DNA of 64,000 nt from Piromyces finnis finn. Taxonomy: Eukaryota; Fungi; Neocallimastigomycota. The translations under genes were made by a program, and so were the position numbers. Under the pieces are notes generated by a model that worked only from the letters and a program-made list of their open reading frames with translations, was not told the DNA's origin and did no database searches. The stretch covers positions 1 to 64,000 of the forward strand of contig MCFH01000087.1 in assembly GCA_002104945.1 (NCBI GenBank), read 5' to 3'. Positions within the stretch are counted from its first letter, which is position 1, and the number at the start of each line of letters is the position of its first letter. Below, in pieces: positions 63,139 through 64,000 of the stretch.

Positions 63139-63951
63139 GAATGATGTTTTTGTGTCCAATTTATGGACACCCCGAGGGTTAGGTACTTACCTGTGTTTTT
63201 CATTTCTAGCTCGAAAATAAATTCTTTTAATAAATTAAAGAATTTATTATATAAAATATGGTTATAATGAATTTTAAAATTTAAAAATAATGAATTTTTA
63301 TTGCTAAACTATTAAAAAATAATTATTTTTAATAATAAATTTACTTCTTTTAAATATAATATTTGAATATTATATAAAATATTGTAAATAATTATTATTA
63401 AACAATAATTTAAATAAATAAAATATGTTTTTTAAGAATTTTTAATAACACTAACCTAATTAAAACTAAGCTAACGTAAGAACTAACTATAAAGCGTTAG
63501 TATTGTAAAAGGTTTTTATATATGTTAGTTAATAAGTTAAATATAACAAGTTAATTAAGTTAGTTATTACCTCTCTATACGAGTTAATAACTAAATAAAG
63601 TTTTATAAAAAATAATAAAAGACCTAAAATAAATATTATAACACTAAAATAAATATAAACACTTATATAAATATTTTATGAAATAACTTTTACTTAATAA
63701 TTATATTTTAATTATATCTTTTATTTATTAATTATAATTATCTACATTAATTATTATTATAGTTATTAATTTACTTTAATACTAACGCTAAAGTATTTAA
63801 CGTTAGTTTTGACTATACTATTTAACTATATGAGTTTATTTTCTTTACCACTTGATTGGGTAAAGCAAATAAACTTCCTATTTAATTAATAACCATTAAT
63901 ATATGGTTATGCATATATTTGGCCAATAAATGGTGACCAGAATATATGGTT

Positions 63952-64000
63952 TGTTAAGGATTTAAGGTGATTTGAGGTAAGTTAGGTCAGAATGCCCTAA
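63952..64000. mobile_element. Terminus of another LTR element (N) inserted in the B3 5' LTR
   Basis: The B LTR sequence stops abruptly and TGTTAAGG... begins. Resembles the 36630 end of solo LTR I. Confidence 0.6.

Larger units (their letters stand above)
55170..63951 (-). mobile_element. Family B copy B3, hosting H; 5' LTR cut by N
   Basis: 3' LTR 55170-55663, 5' LTR 63504-63951 (truncated) and PBS 63503-63493. Body is nearly identical to B1. Confidence 0.93.

Overview
This extremely AT-rich eukaryotic window has no recognisable host gene. It is probably from an anaerobic gut fungus (Neocallimastigomycota), inferred only from base composition and retrotransposon types. Almost every base belongs to a nested, mostly young stack of Ty3/Gypsy LTR retrotransposons, labelled here with my own letters. 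Group 1 (families A, B, C, E, J, K) has TGT..ACA ends, 5-bp TSDs where both flanks are visible, and canonical or degenerate chromodomains where the integrase end is visible. In A, B, C, E and J the PBS is not tRNA-complementary but matches 10-11 nt of the element's own LTR about 40 nt downstream of a TATA box (Tf1-type self-priming). Group 2 (D, F, H, solo LTRs G and probably M) has TGATA..ATCA ends, 4-bp TSDs and, in D, F and H, a tRNA-Ala PBS. It includes a near-complete autonomous element (D), a gag-protease-only element (F) and a non-coding mini-element (H). The most unusual signals are: (i) degenerate tRNA/Pol III A-box/B-box modules in the U3 of C/K and antisense in the 3' UTR of A; (ii) D, G and F stacked end to end at one re-used TTGT site at the start of a B LTR; (iii) repeated insertions about 50 bp inside U3 termini; (iv) the gag-pro-only element with a long open C-terminal tail; (v) -1 frameshift cassettes in three families. 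Coordinates were read by eye and may be off by a few bases.
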